NCBI GenBank assembly: GCA_963705255.1
Contig: OY970061.1
Location: 2,304,001 to 2,368,000, forward strand
Length of the DNA stretch: 64,000 bases
Direction: 5' to 3'
Origin: an uncultured Methanoregulaceae archaeon
GTDB taxonomy: Archaea > Halobacteriota > Methanomicrobia > Methanomicrobiales > Methanospirillaceae
Part shown: positions 20,609-32,221 of the stretch, piece after piece
Layout of the letters: each line of letters opens with the position of its first letter
How positions within the stretch are numbered: the stretch's first letter is position 1
Made by a program: the position numbers and the translations under genes
The notes under the pieces: generated by a model
Seen by the model: only the letters and a program-made list of their open reading frames with translations
What the model was told of the DNA's origin: nothing
Databases searched by the model: none

Positions 20609-22133
20609 ATGAAACTGGTTGCAAAAATTCTCGACATCGCGACGCGGGGTGTGTTGTTCAACACGCTCGACGCCCGCAGTATGGGCGTTCTCAACGGCGA
20701 TCGTGTCCAGGTGATAAACCCGAAGAATGGCGTTTCAGTCGCCGCATTTGTAGAGACGACATCCACCATTATTCAACAGGGAACAATCGGCATATACCGT
20801 ATAACGAACGAACGCATGCATATCGAAGAAGGCGCGGAAATAGAAGTCCGGGAAGCCGGCCGGCCCCTGTCACTCGATTATATCAAAAAGAAGATGGATG
20901 GTGGCAGGCTTACCAAGGAGGAGACCCTGACAATCATCAAAGATGTGGTGAGGGATGACCTCTCTTCGGCAGAACTCACGGCATTCATCACAGCATCCTA
21001 TGTAAACTCCCTTGATATGGATGAGGTGGAACACCTCACGAGAGCCATGGTAGAAACCGGTGAACAGATCAAGTTTGCATCACGCCCCATCGTCGATAAA
21101 CACTCCGTCGGCGGAGTCCCCGGCAACAAAATCTCATTGCTTGTTGTCCCGATAATTGCCGCAAGCGGACTGAAGATCCCGAAAACGAGTTCGCGTGCAA
21201 TAACCGGTGCCGGTGGAACGGCGGATCTTATGGAAGTTCTGGCGTTTGTCGAATTCTCATCCAGTGAAGTGCAACAGATGACCGAAAAAGTCGGTGGTTG
21301 TATCGTATGGGGCGGTGCCACCAATATTGCTCCTGCCGATGACCGGATCATCATCCAGGAATATCCCTTCAAGATCGATGCCCGTGGCCAGATGCTTGCA
21401 AGTGTGATGGCAAAAAAGTTTGCCGTTGGTGCAAACCTTGTGGTGATCGATATACCGGTCGGGCACCTGACCAAAGTTGCGACTATGCAGGAAGGAAGAA
21501 AACTAGCGCGGGAATTCATTGAGCTCGGGGAACGGCTCAACATGAAAGTCGAATGCGCCCTGACGTACGGGGACATCCCCGTAGGTCACAGCATCGGCCC
21601 GAAACTGGAAGTGATCGAAGCCCTGAGGGTGCTTGAGGGTGCGACCGAGCCCAATTCTTTCCTCCAGAAAAGCGTTTCAATCGCCGGTATTGCACTTGAG
21701 ATGTCCGGCAAAGCACAACGGGGCTCAGGGTGCGGCAATAGCACAGGACATTCTCACCAAAGGCAAAGCACTTGAAAAATTCCGGAAAATGATCGAGATC
21801 CAGGGGGGCGATCCCAACGTAAAATCGTCCGATATTGTTCCGGGTGAGCACCAGTTTATTGTGAAGTCTCCCGCATCCGGATATATTATCGATATGAACA
21901 ACCGGTCGCTTATCAGTCTTGCCCGCACGGCGGGCGCTCCCCACGACACGGGTGCAGGGATCCTCCTGCATGCAAAGAAGGGAAAACTGGTGAAGGAAGG
22001 GGAACCGCTCTTCACGATTTATGCTGACAGGAGCTGGCGTCTCCAGAATGCGATTGAGGAAGGGCGTCGTCTTATGCCGGTATTTGTAGAGGGAATGCTT
22101 CTGGACCGGGTCCCTTCGATATCGGAGATTTGA
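20609..22133 (+). CDS. AMP phosphorylase (thymidine phosphorylase family; extra base near 21724)
   Basis: [41 protein letters not shown] across two frames. Confidence 0.92.
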
Positions 22134-22137
22134 ACCG

Positions 22138-23566
22138 ATGTCCTCAAATATGAGCAGTGGGCGATATTTTAGTATGTATAGGTATAAATATCGTTTGCTT
22201 TTTGCTTTGCTGTGCATTATCCTGCTCTTCAGCGCTGTACAGGCAAACACCCTGCAGGTAACCGTGCAGGATCGTTTCGATAATTCTACCATCCCTCATG
22301 CTTCGCTCTTCCTTAACGGAGTAAATTACGCCCTGACTGACAACAACGGCCAGGCCCTGATAACCGACAATGGTCTGAACAACCTCGACATCCGCGTCTC
22401 CATTGCCGGGTATAATACCTGGGAAACGATGGTGGATCCAAACACGACGAATCTCATTGTCAGCCTGACCCGGCAGGGTCTTACCCTCAAGGTTGACCTC
22501 ATCGACTCTGATACACTCGCGCCGGTCTATGGAGCGAACGTCACGGTCTCAGGGACAAATCTGACACAGAAAGAACAGACGGATGTCTCGGGTTCTGCAA
22601 GCTTCGGCGTTACGGCCGAAACGTTGTATTCAATCGATATCACAGCGGCAAATTATCAGCCGCGGAGCACCACGCTTGCCATGGGCACCGATGATCAAGA
22701 GGTCCAGTATTATCTGTTGTCCAGTAACCGCTTCTCATTTGTTGTGATCGACAAGGATACCAGTTTACCTGTTGTCGGCGCGGAAGTCCTGCTCAATTCA
22801 GTTCCTGTCGGGATGACCAATACAAAGGGAACGCTCATAACACAGGTCACCCGCGGGAAATCCTATGTCATTGAAATAACGGCTCCGGAATACCAGACAT
22901 TTTCCGAAACGCGGACAATCAGTGAGACAGATGCACTGGATTCCGTGGTATCTCTCGAAGGTCCCTGTCGGCGCATTTATCTACGCAGTTGATGAAAGTC
23001 AGGCCCCTGTTGCAGGGGCGAACGTCTACGTCAACGGAACCCTTTCAGGCACCACGAACCAGTACGGACGGGTAAGTTTACCGGACCTCGTTTCCGGCTC
23101 CTATCTTATCGAAATCGGAAAACCCGGATATGTTACCGTGAGCCAACCGATATCAGTCTCGAACCAGAGCGAGGATTATCCTTTTACCCTGCAGCCTGAA
23201 AATGCAGCTCTTACTGTCCTGGTCCTGGACAAAGACCAGCAGATCGTCCCCAATGCCACCATCGCCATAGATGGCAGCATCGTCGGGGCTACCGATGTTC
23301 ACGGCCAGTACGCTACTCAGGTCGAATTCAATACATCCTATAATATCACTGCGTCCAAGGACGGGTATCGGCCATCATCCGTCCAGGAACAGGTAAGCCC
23401 GGTGAATTCATCTGCTTCCGTCACCCTGACCCTGGAGAAAAGTATGGATTTTGGGCTTATTACCCTGATTGTCGTCGGCGTCATTTGTATCTTGGTCCTG
23501 TTCGCCGCCATCAGGATGTTCGGTCACCGGAAACGCCGCCATGTGGTGAGAAGGAACGAAATTTGA
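22138..23566 (+). CDS. Surface protein with PEGA/carboxypeptidase-regulatory-like repeats and C-terminal TM (extra base near 22950)
   Basis: Signal peptide, repeated GA(N/E)V...G.T...G beta modules, TM helix plus basic tail. Confidence 0.75.
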
Positions 23567-23666
23567 CCTCTCATCACAGGAAACCTGTCATTTTTCGATC
23601 CGGGTGAAATACAACCCTCATAATTTTTTTAAAATAATATCATCGGACGTGAGCGAAAGTTCTGAC

Positions 23667-23906
23667 GGATCTATAGAAATCATTGGCTTTTATTATAGAC
23701 GCTCTTGGGGGAGACTGCTGTTCCCGAAGGGAAGAGCAGGCTGGAGAAGAACTCGTCAGAGTTCTTCGATTTTCGAGGAGGTTCATCAGAACCTTGAGGA
23801 TAAGAAGAAGTCGTCAGAGTTCTTCGACTTGGGAGAGGGGGTCACTCTCATAACCGTTGAAAAATGTAAGCGAATCACACGATATAATAGGATTTCTAGA
23901 GAAGCC
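23667..23906. mobile_element. MITE-like element, copy 1 (three internal hairpin cassettes)
   Basis: Imperfect TIRs GGATCTATAGAAATC ... GATTTCTAGAGAAGCC; interior nearly identical to 49876-50058 plus a ~60-bp expansion. Confidence 0.7.
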
Positions 23907-23937
23907 GTTCTGACAATCATTCCTGTTTTGGTAAAAA

Positions 23938-24009
23938 CGGACCCAGCGGGAATCGAACCCGCGTCCTTGGGTTCGAAGCCCAAGAGGATATCCTCTACCC
24001 CATGGATCC
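23938..24009 (-). tRNA. tRNA-Arg(TCG)
   Basis: GGATCCATGGGGTAGAGGATATCCTC-TTGGG CTTCGAA CCCAA-GGACGCGGGTTCGATTCCCGCTGGGTCCG. Confidence 0.93.
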
Positions 24010-24065
24010 TTCTCATCTTCTTTACATCAAAAGATATTAAGTATTTTCTCCCGAAAAACTAAGCA

Positions 24066-24504
24066 ATGATTCTTTCTGCATCTGAGTTTGTCCGCCGCCG
24101 CGATCTGGATTCTATGGCAGGAAAACTTGTGATCAACCCCTATAATGGCGATTGCCAGCAACCTGCCTCCTACGATCTTCGTTCTGCGTCAGATATGACT
24201 CTCCCCCGGGGAACCTGTACTCTTCTGCCGACCCTCGAGTGGATTCGAGCTCCCTGCCGACCTTGCAGGAACACTCCGGTGTAGATCATCGTTCGGGCGG
24301 CGCGGGATCCTGCTGGGCGCCGGATACATCGACCCGGGATTCCGCGGGCAGCTGACCTTATGCCTTTCCAATCTGGGATGCGCTGATATTATTGTCCAGA
24401 AAAACGACCGTATAGTACAGATTATCCTCCATGAAGTCCGTGAGGGGAATGAGAGATATTCGGGGCGGTACCAGGACAACCTTGGCATCGTAGAGGCGAA
24501 GTAA
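24066..24504 (+). CDS. dcd: dCTP deaminase (extra base near 24245)
   Basis: MILS...QPASYDLR, RSSFGRRG, GYIDPGFRGQLTL, YSGRYQ. Confidence 0.85.
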
Positions 24505-24505
24505 T

Positions 24506-25456
24506 ATGATTCGTACAGAAAGAAAATATATTGAAATTTTACGGATTCTTAAAGAGCACAAGGATCCGATGGGAGCAAAACGCCTTTCTGAGCTTATGAC
24601 TGAAAGGGGATTTATCCTGAGTGACCGCGCAGTCCAGTATTACCTCAGTTACCTTGATACCATGGGCTTCACCGAAAAAGTCGGGAACCAGGGAAGGATA
24701 CTGACTGCCGCGGGAATGAAAGAGACCGATAATGCTCTTGTGGATGACCGGATTGGCTTTGTTATTTCAAAACTTGAACGACTAGCCTATCGCAGCACAT
24801 TCGATCCTGCAACCAGCACCGGAGACGTGGCATACAACCTATCCATTGTACCGGAGGAATTCGCTGAAAAGGTGAAGTCCGCTTTTGATGAAGTTGTCAG
24901 GGCAGGATGCGGTTTTTTTAATTCTTACCGTATCATAGACCATGATCCCCGGGTCCCCTCAGGCTCGGTCGGGTTCATTACCCTGTGCAGCATCTCAATG
25001 GATGGTGTATTCCAGCGAAAAGGCATCCCTGTCAGGATGGCGTTTGGCGGAAGACTTGAGATTGAAAACGGCGTCCCCCGGCAATTCAGGGATCTCATCG
25101 CCTACCGCGGGACAACCATCGATCCCCTCGAACTATTCATTTCGGCCGGTCTCACCTCCATATCCGGTTTTGCCCGGTCAAAAACTGGTATTGCTCTTGC
25201 AAACGTCAGACAGGTACCGTGTGCTGCCAAAAAGCACGTGGAGGAGACAATCCGTATGATGAACGCCTGCGGATTTGTTTTTCCGGTGACCCTGGGAAAC
25301 CAGGTTTTTAACCTGCCCAGCAGCCCTTACCGTCTCTCCATTGTTGCCTTCAGCGGAATGAATTACATCGGGAATACTGTCGAACATGGCATTCCGATAA
25401 AAACGGAGATCGGGGCTGGCAATATTCCCTTCTCAAAGGTGATAGGACCGAACTGA
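24506..25456 (+). CDS. NrpR-like regulator (wHTH plus one DUF128/NRD domain)
   Basis: IEILRIL...GAKRLSELM...RAVQYYL...GRILT; CSISMDGVF, DPLELF. Confidence 0.8.
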   Translation: MIRTERKYIEILRILKEHKDPMGAKRLSELMTERGFILSDRAVQYYLSYLDTMGFTEKVGNQGRILTAAGMKETDNALVDDRIGFVISKLERLAYRSTFDPATSTGDVAYNLSIVPEEFAEKVKSAFDEVVRAGCGFFNSYRIIDHDPRVPSGSVGFITLCSISMDGVFQRKGIPVRMAFGGRLEIENGVPRQFRDLIAYRGTTIDPLELFISAGLTSISGFARSKTGIALANVRQVPCAAKKHVEETIRMMNACGFVFPVTLGNQVFNLPSSPYRLSIVAFSGMNYIGNTVEHGIPIKTEIGAGNIPFSKVIGPN

Positions 25457-25475
25457 TCAGATCCAGGAAATATCA

Positions 25476-27790
25476 TCATGTTTTAATGTTTTTCCCCTCT
25501 TTTTTCTGGGGTTCTGACACTGCTTCGCCTTCAGCAGTCCGGACCGTGTCCGCGTCAGGACTCTTCGCACTCCTGTCCGGTCTTTTCTGTTTCAGGCTCG
25601 TGTGCATAAGCGAAGTATCCCTTACCTTTGGAATGGCACTTCCCTGGATTTTTTTCCCGTCGAAAATTTCATCTTTTACCCTGAAGCCCGGCTCCTTCAG
25701 ATCGACTGTCATTTTATCCGGCGCCTCCTCCGGCACAGAGTTACCAGATACCCTTTCTGGTATACGTTCATCCGTAGCTGCACTTTCATGTACCGGGGTA
25801 TCCGGGACAAGATTTTCCTGCGAATGCAACACGGGTTTTCTCTTTTGCAGAATAATCGTCTTTTTTTCCATCTCGGACGACCGCAGTTTTTCGGATGAGA
25901 CGGTTGCGTTCAGAATCTCCTGCGTCAATCCGGAAGTTCCCGGAGTGGTTCGGTCAGGTTCTGAATTGGCATTATCAGGTTTTGCTGCTTTGCCTGAGAT
26001 TGCAATCATCCGCTGCCGCTGTAACTCCTGTTCGATTCTGTGCCGTGCGATATCTTTCGTCCGTGCAGCTGAATCAGACACCGGCCGGGCCTCACGTCCC
26101 TCATCTGGGCCATAGGAGATTATTTTTCCGGTCTCTTTTTTCGGGAGATGCGAACTCATTGAGGAGGACTCTCGTATCCGCTGGTCACGTGGGTCATTTC
26201 CAGGTGTATTATCTTTTCCCAGAGTAACAATGACCCGGCGCTTTATTACTTGGGGACGGTCATCCGTCACGTGATATATTTTCTCACCTGCTACTTTTTG
26301 TGATAAAAGCTCTTCTTTCCTCTGGCTTGTCCCCGATATTGGACGCTGGCTGCCTTGTGGCAGAGAAGAATCCGTTTCAGGTACGCGCCCCCGAAGCCCT
26401 CTATATTCGCCGGTCTCCCGGCCGTGTCCCGGATTTCCGGCATCATCAGGAGAATCGTAACCGTATCGTTCCTGCTTCATTTTCGTGGGAAGGATGATCA
26501 TCTCGTCTTTGCCGTTTCCCGCACTACGAATCGAGGGAGATATTTTACCACGGCCTGTTTTCGGATCTGCGTCCTGTCCCGGTGCTCCTTTCCCTGCAGG
26601 CGCCGACCGGATATCGCCATGCCGGGATCTGGTACTGTATTGTGCCCGGATTTCCCGGAGCTCGCTGATACGGGGGATATTTTCAAGTCCGGACAGCATG
26701 ATGATGATGGCAACATTCTTGGTATTCATCACCGGATAATCCCCGGACGGGTCTCAAGTCCCCTGATGCTCCGGTCTATCCATTTCCTCACCGTCATATA
26801 TCCTTTCATGGAGAGCTCATGTGAAGGGCCCGCTACAAGGATAAGCGCCTTATGGGCGCTCGTCATGTCACATGGTGTTGATATCTCGTGATAAATTGCC
26901 TGTTTTGCGAGCTCAACAATACGCGAGGCCTTCTTTTTGCTCTCTTCATTGAATATTCCCGCCGGTTTCCACTGGGTAAGGAAACCCAGCGGATTGGGAG
27001 AGAGACGTTCAACAGCATATCCAATTGTGATGAACCCCATCCCTTTGATGGTGTTGAGTACCTCACCGGAATCCAGGACTACCTCTGCCAGATCAATCCC
27101 GCCATCGGCCCTGAACTCTCCTGCACGGAGGATCAGACTTATTCTCCTGACTATCGTTTCATTGAGGAGGAGGTAGGTAGCAAGTTCCGATGAGATTTCC
27201 GGCTCTGCCTTCCCGAACCCGAATCTCCTTGCAATTCCAGCCTCTTTCTTTCGAAGGTGAGTGCTCCGTGCTTTGATTTTTTTATACCATGTCTCATTAT
27301 CAAAGAGGATCATGCCGTCAAGGAGTGGTGAAAGGATATCAATATCATCTGATGCTTTTGCAGATCGCTTCTCCCCTTCGGCAAGGCAGGGCAGGGTGAC
27401 CAGTCCGAAAATGGGTTCCACGATCGATGCCCGCAGGCTGGTAATGACATGCGGAACAATGTCTGCCATGCTCCCGCCAAGCCCGCAGCAGATAAAAATC
27501 GCGTCAGTTTCCCCGGATTCAAAATTATGGATCCTTGAAACAATCTCTCCGATATCGATGGTGGCGGTCGGACCTGCCCCTCCTGAAGTTTCATGGCGGT
27601 CCGGATCGAGCGAAGGGAAGAATATCTTTGAAGGTTCCGGAAGACCTTCGAGCTGTTTTAACGTGGTTTCGTCAACGTCTACAGCAAGGCCCTGGATACA
27701 TGCCACTTTACTGCTGTGCCGGTCAGTCGTGTAGAGACTATCGACTATCCTGCATCCCGCCCCGCCAAATCCGATTGCCACTATCCGCAT
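25476..27790 (-). CDS. Tubulin/FtsZ-family (CetZ-like) protein with long charged C-terminal extension (one base missing near 26745)
   Basis: IGFGGAGCRI, degenerate GLGGS signature, LFDNE, EVVLDSGEV; (S)GDYPV junction joins ORFs 26729..27790 and 25476..26732. Confidence 0.8.
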
Positions 27791-28131
27791 AGAATTGACC
27801 TATAAAACCGATCGACCCCGGGGTCTACGTATTCATTCTATATATTTTCCAACCGGAGTTCAATATCTTATAGGATAATTGTTCCGGCAGAAAAAAGGTT
27901 TTCCTGCAGAACGGCGCTCATGTGTTCAGATCCGGTCGTGAGGAAACCTCAAACGATGCCTGAATGGTGAGATCATCCTGCGTTCAACCCGGCTGTGAAG
28001 GGGATTCCGGAGGATATTTCGGAACTGGGGCAGAATTGGCTGATTTGTGAACGGATCATCAAAAAGTGCCAACGTAAAATGATAATTTATTTAAATACGT
28101 GCACGGTAATACTCAATGAGGTGAACAAGCC

Positions 28132-29121
28132 TTGACATATGGAATAGAATTCGTACCAGGAAATGTCAATGTAAAGCAAGTTGTCAACTTCTGTAAACTT
28201 GCAGAATCCAAAGACATAGATTTCGCATGGATCACAAACCACTACAACAACCGCCACTGCTACCCCACCCTCGCCGCCATCGCGCAGGCGACCACGACCC
28301 TGAAGATGGGCCCGGGTATTATGAACTCATTCACGGACACCCCTGCCGCAATGGCATCGTTCTTCTGTACGCTGAACGAGATCTCCGACGGACGCGCAGT
28401 CCTCGGTATCGGGCCCGGCGACCTCTCCACCCTCCCAAAACTCGCGATAAAGGCTGAAAAGCCGGTCGCCCGTCTGGAAGAAGCGATAACACAGATCAGA
28501 GCTCTCTGCGCTGGTGACCAAGTGAACAAGTCAGGGAAGGTATTCTTTGACTATGATGGTGCCAAGCTGACCGGTGTCAACCTTCCGGACAAGAAGAAGG
28601 GAGTCCCAATCTATGTCGGTGCACAGGGACCCAAGGTTCTCGAGCTCGCCGGAAAAGTCGGAGACGGTGCGCTGATCAACGCATCCAACCCCAAGGACTT
28701 CGCAATCGCGATCCCGATCATCAAGGCAACCTGCGACAAAGTCGGCAAGAAGAACTTTGATATCGGTGCATACACTGCAATGTCCATTGACCGCAGCGAG
28801 AAGAAGGCACGCAACTCCGCAAAGATCGTTGCAGCCTTTATCGCCGCCGGCTCCCCGCCCGACCTTCTGACCCGCCACGGTCTTGACCTCAACAACGTTG
28901 CCAAGATCAAGGCAGCACTCGCAAAGTTCGACTTTAAGACGGTCGGAGAACTCGTCGGAGACAAGGAGATTGACGCATTTACCATTGCAGGTACCCCTGA
29001 AATGGTAAAGGCAAAGTGCGATGCCCTCACCAAGGCCGGTGTGACCCAGATCATCTTCGGTTCACCGCTTGGTCCGGACATGACCACCTCTATTCGCCTT
29101 CTCGGCAAATACGTCGTATAA
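28132..29121 (+). CDS. mer: F420-dependent methylene-H4MPT reductase
   Basis: YGIEFVP, WITNHYNNR, GRAVLGIGPGD, GAQGPK, GSPLGP; TTG start after a GAGGTGA RBS. Confidence 0.95.
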   Translation: MTYGIEFVPGNVNVKQVVNFCKLAESKDIDFAWITNHYNNRHCYPTLAAIAQATTTLKMGPGIMNSFTDTPAAMASFFCTLNEISDGRAVLGIGPGDLSTLPKLAIKAEKPVARLEEAITQIRALCAGDQVNKSGKVFFDYDGAKLTGVNLPDKKKGVPIYVGAQGPKVLELAGKVGDGALINASNPKDFAIAIPIIKATCDKVGKKNFDIGAYTAMSIDRSEKKARNSAKIVAAFIAAGSPPDLLTRHGLDLNNVAKIKAALAKFDFKTVGELVGDKEIDAFTIAGTPEMVKAKCDALTKAGVTQIIFGSPLGPDMTTSIRLLGKYVV

Positions 29122-29284
29122 GTGCGGAACTCGGTTTCTGCCGGCTACGACGAACAAGGCAATGGTGCCTTGGAAAAACCTTTTTTCTTTGGTGTGTCCC
29201 CCTCCAAACGGGAACGTCTGCCCTCAATAGCCTGTTCATTCATGTGCAAATGACTATCTGTTCCTGTCGGAAATATAACCATGA

Positions 29285-30220
29285 ATGGGAATGTTTTCAG
29301 TCAGAGAAGTGATCACCCCTTCAGGGACGTTACAATACCGTGAAGAGCAATTTACCGGGCTGAGATGCAGGATCAGTCCTGATCGCTCGAAGCGACATAT
29401 CGATCAGGCATCGTATAATCCCCCGGACCCGGGGGACTGCCCTTTTTGCCGGGAGAATGTTTTTTCTGTCACACCGACATTCCCGGACGGTTCACGGATA
29501 ACCTGCGGAGAAAGCGTGACATTTCCCAACCTCTTTCCTTTTGGGGAAGGACATGTTGTTACCGTGATTACCCGGGATCACTGGGTGACATCGTTCACCA
29601 GACACCAGATTATCGATGCACTCTCAGGGCAGATCGAAGCTCTTCGCCGTTACAAGGGCTATGCCAGCATCAACTGGAATTTTCTCCCGTCAGCAGGGGC
29701 AAGCCTGGTGCATCCTCATATGCAGGGGCTTTGTGATTCAACGCCATCCAGGATTGTCGAACGGTATCTGGCCGCCGGCAGGCAATACCGGCACCAGTAT
29801 GGCAGGGCCTACTGGGAAGCCGTAAGGGATGCGGAGAAGGCATCTGACCGCTATTTATTCGGGGAGGAGATCGTCTGGTCAGCCCACGCTGTCCCCCAGG
29901 GAGAACGCGAAGTGCGGGGGATCCTGCCGGTCTCGTCGCTCGGCGAAGTTGATCCGTACGTGGACCTTCTGGCCGGTGGGATCCTCGAAATTCTTTCCCT
30001 GTACAGGAAGTTCGGGACCTGCGCATTCAACCTGTCTCTTTTTTTCAACAAGGACGGAGAGGACGGCGATCTCTCTGCATTCTGTTCTCTTATCTCCCGG
30101 ATCAACCCGAATCCGTTGGCGACAAGCGACTCCGCGTTCATGGAGCGGCTGCACCTTGAGCCGATCATCATGACACTCCCTGAAGACCTGGGAAATTTCT
30201 ACAGAAACACAAAAAAATAA
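29285..30220 (+). CDS. galT: Galactose-1-phosphate uridylyltransferase (GalT/HIT family)
   Basis: CPFC, FPNLFPF, AGASLVHPHMQ. Confidence 0.85.
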   Translation: MGMFSVREVITPSGTLQYREEQFTGLRCRISPDRSKRHIDQASYNPPDPGDCPFCRENVFSVTPTFPDGSRITCGESVTFPNLFPFGEGHVVTVITRDHWVTSFTRHQIIDALSGQIEALRRYKGYASINWNFLPSAGASLVHPHMQGLCDSTPSRIVERYLAAGRQYRHQYGRAYWEAVRDAEKASDRYLFGEEIVWSAHAVPQGEREVRGILPVSSLGEVDPYVDLLAGGILEILSLYRKFGTCAFNLSLFFNKDGEDGDLSAFCSLISRINPNPLATSDSAFMERLHLEPIIMTLPEDLGNFYRNTKK

Positions 30221-30226
30221 AAAAAT

Positions 30227-31066
30227 TTACTCGAATTTTGCAACGAGTTTCTTCTTGTTGACGATAATACCATCTTTCTTGTGGGGCTGGCGGAAGACGC
30301 TGTCTCCTGCCTTCTCGAGCTCCCGGGCCTGGTCGCAGAGTTGTGCCGCGACCTTCATCATCTCGTGAGCGCTTGCAACGATCGGGATGTATTTCTCCCA
30401 TTCCTTGGTCATGAAGCAACCCTTGACGTTCTGGCCTGCAACAGCCATTGCAATTTCGTGGGCAGCGCGTGCCTTTGCAAGCGCGTAGGGGTTGGTGAAC
30501 TCGCCATCGACAGCCTTGTCAGTGGTCATGATGACCTTCGGCAGCTCAATTGCGTCGCCTTTCTTTCCGGCCTTGACCTGGTCGATGACCTTGTCGAGGG
30601 CAAGCTGCATCTTGCGGAATGCACCGGTAAGTGCCAGCACTTTGACGAGGTTGCCGTTGTAGTCGGCCATCTCGACGGGGTCGAGGAACTCGCGGCGTGC
30701 ACCGATCATGGAGTCTGCCTTCATGATGATGTACCCGAACTTGCTCGCCTTGACACCTTCCCACTCCTTCTTCGTGGTTACATCATCAGTGATGATGACA
30801 ACCGGGATGCCTGCTGCAGCGAGCTGTTCGCGGGCACCGGTCGGTCCTGGAAGAACCCCGTTGGGTGAGACTACAATACAGAAGTCCGGTTTATATGCCT
30901 TCAGGTTGGAGACCACGCGGTCAACATCCGCCGGCTCGAGTTTAGTCCCGCTGGTCGCCATGAATGTCTGCATATCTTCACGGTCTGCTCTCTCATCGAG
31001 GAGCAGCTCTGCCATCACACCACTTGCAATGTTGCCTAATTTGGCAACGCCTACTTTAACAACCAT
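30227..31066 (-). CDS. mtd: F420-dependent methylene-H4MPT dehydrogenase
   Basis: [34 protein letters not shown]. Confidence 0.96.
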   Translation of the reverse strand: MVVKVGVAKLGNIASGVMAELLLDERADREDMQTFMATSGTKLEPADVDRVVSNLKAYKPDFCIVVSPNGVLPGPTGAREQLAAAGIPVVIITDDVTTKKEWEGVKASKFGYIIMKADSMIGARREFLDPVEMADYNGNLVKVLALTGAFRKMQLALDKVIDQVKAGKKGDAIELPKVIMTTDKAVDGEFTNPYALAKARAAHEIAMAVAGQNVKGCFMTKEWEKYIPIVASAHEMMKVAAQLCDQARELEKAGDSVFRQPHKKDGIIVNKKKLVAKFE

Positions 31067-31267
31067 CTAATATCACCTCGATATTTTTTATAACACGTTA
31101 TATGACCCGGTATTCATATAAACATTTTGAAATGTCCCGTCTCCCAAAAAACGGGGAAAATCTATTTTTGATTTTATTAAAGACTTTCCCTGCGATTCTG
31201 GCAGTCAAAGGATCTGAATTGCGATGTTAACGAAAAGTGTTTAAGTTCAGATGGAAAAATTGATACT

Positions 31268-31672
31268 ATGAAGGAGGGGTTGCTCACCGATCGCCAGATG
31301 GAAGTTCTCAGGTATCGAAAGCAGGGTCTGACCCAGCAGCAGATAGCTGACATCATCTCCACATCAAAGGCGAATGTCTGCACTATCGAAAAGAGCGCCA
31401 TGGAGAACATCCGTCGGGCAAAAGAGACGCTCGAATTCCTCTACACCCTTGATGCGACACACCTCTGTACAATACCGTCAGGAACGGACCTTTTCAACGT
31501 TCCTGCAATCATATTCGGGGAAGCAGAGAAGATCAATATCAAGGTCAAATACGATACCATTTCCCTGATAAACCGGTTGAGGGAGTCGAGGTCCCAGGCA
31601 TGCAAGGCCCGTGTTGTGTGCGAGGATATCAGCGTATACATAACCGACCAGGGAGAACTGTATTTTGGGTAA
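31268..31672 (+). CDS. tfx: Tfx-family DNA-binding protein
   Basis: LTDRQMEVLRYRKQGLTQQQIA...SKANVCTIEKSAMENI. Confidence 0.85.
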   Translation: MKEGLLTDRQMEVLRYRKQGLTQQQIADIISTSKANVCTIEKSAMENIRRAKETLEFLYTLDATHLCTIPSGTDLFNVPAIIFGEAEKINIKVKYDTISLINRLRESRSQACKARVVCEDISVYITDQGELYFG

Positions 31673-31732
31673 AAGATACAGCGACCTTCCGGATTTGATG
31701 AGGAACCTCAGAACCTCTCCCCAAAACTGGCA

Positions 31733-31744
31733 TATATTTATATT
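31733..31744 (+). promoter_or_regulatory. TATA box of the ribosomal operon leader
   Basis: TATATTTATATT about 25 nt upstream of the 5' end of the structured element at 31765. Confidence 0.6.
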
Positions 31745-31764
31745 CTTTTCTCTGCAATAATTAT

Positions 31765-32221
31765 GGAAGCCGATATGAGGTTATCCTTTGCGGAGTCCGC
31801 GTGCCTGACGTACGGTGCATGCCGGATTTTGCATACGGCGGGACCTAGCCTCCGGACACAGGAGCGGTTCTGCCGTGGGTATACCTCGATTGGTGGAGAC
31901 CCTCCCGGGCGGGAGGGTACCCGAGAAGGAGTTGTGATTTATCACAACAGGCTGACAGAGTGGGTCTGATCAGGCGCATGGGCGGACGTTCGTGCAACGA
32001 GCCCGGTTCTTCTGCTGTGAAATACGGCAGAAGGAAGCGCAATAGTCAGGATCTTCTTTCGCGAGACAGGGACGCTGGTGCACACCAGCAGAGCGATGAG
32101 CTGGTCTCATACGCATAACCAGAGCCGGGTGAAGCATTCGTCCAGAACAATCGTGCAATCCGTCAGAATGACTGCACGGCATCTGCACTCGATGAAGCAC
32201 CCGTGTCGCGTGTCGGCTTCT
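31765..32221 (+). ncRNA. Large structured RNA or 5' leader upstream of rpl3
   Basis: Closing stem GAAGCCGATAT/GTGTCGGCTTC and more than 10 internal helices with G-U pairs consistent with the + strand; no credible ORF. Confidence 0.65.

Noticed and set aside
23604-24062. 152-aa ORF, plus 49634..50014, 53834..54019 and 60034..60318
   Set aside because: They run through the MITE/hairpin repeats (and a tRNA in the first case); non-coding
31765-32221. Identity of the large structured element as RNase P RNA, SRP RNA or a group I/II intron
   Set aside because: No GAGGAAAGTCC/AACAGAA P4 strands, no SRP helix-8 motif, and no GTGCG start with a domain V pattern were recognisable by eye
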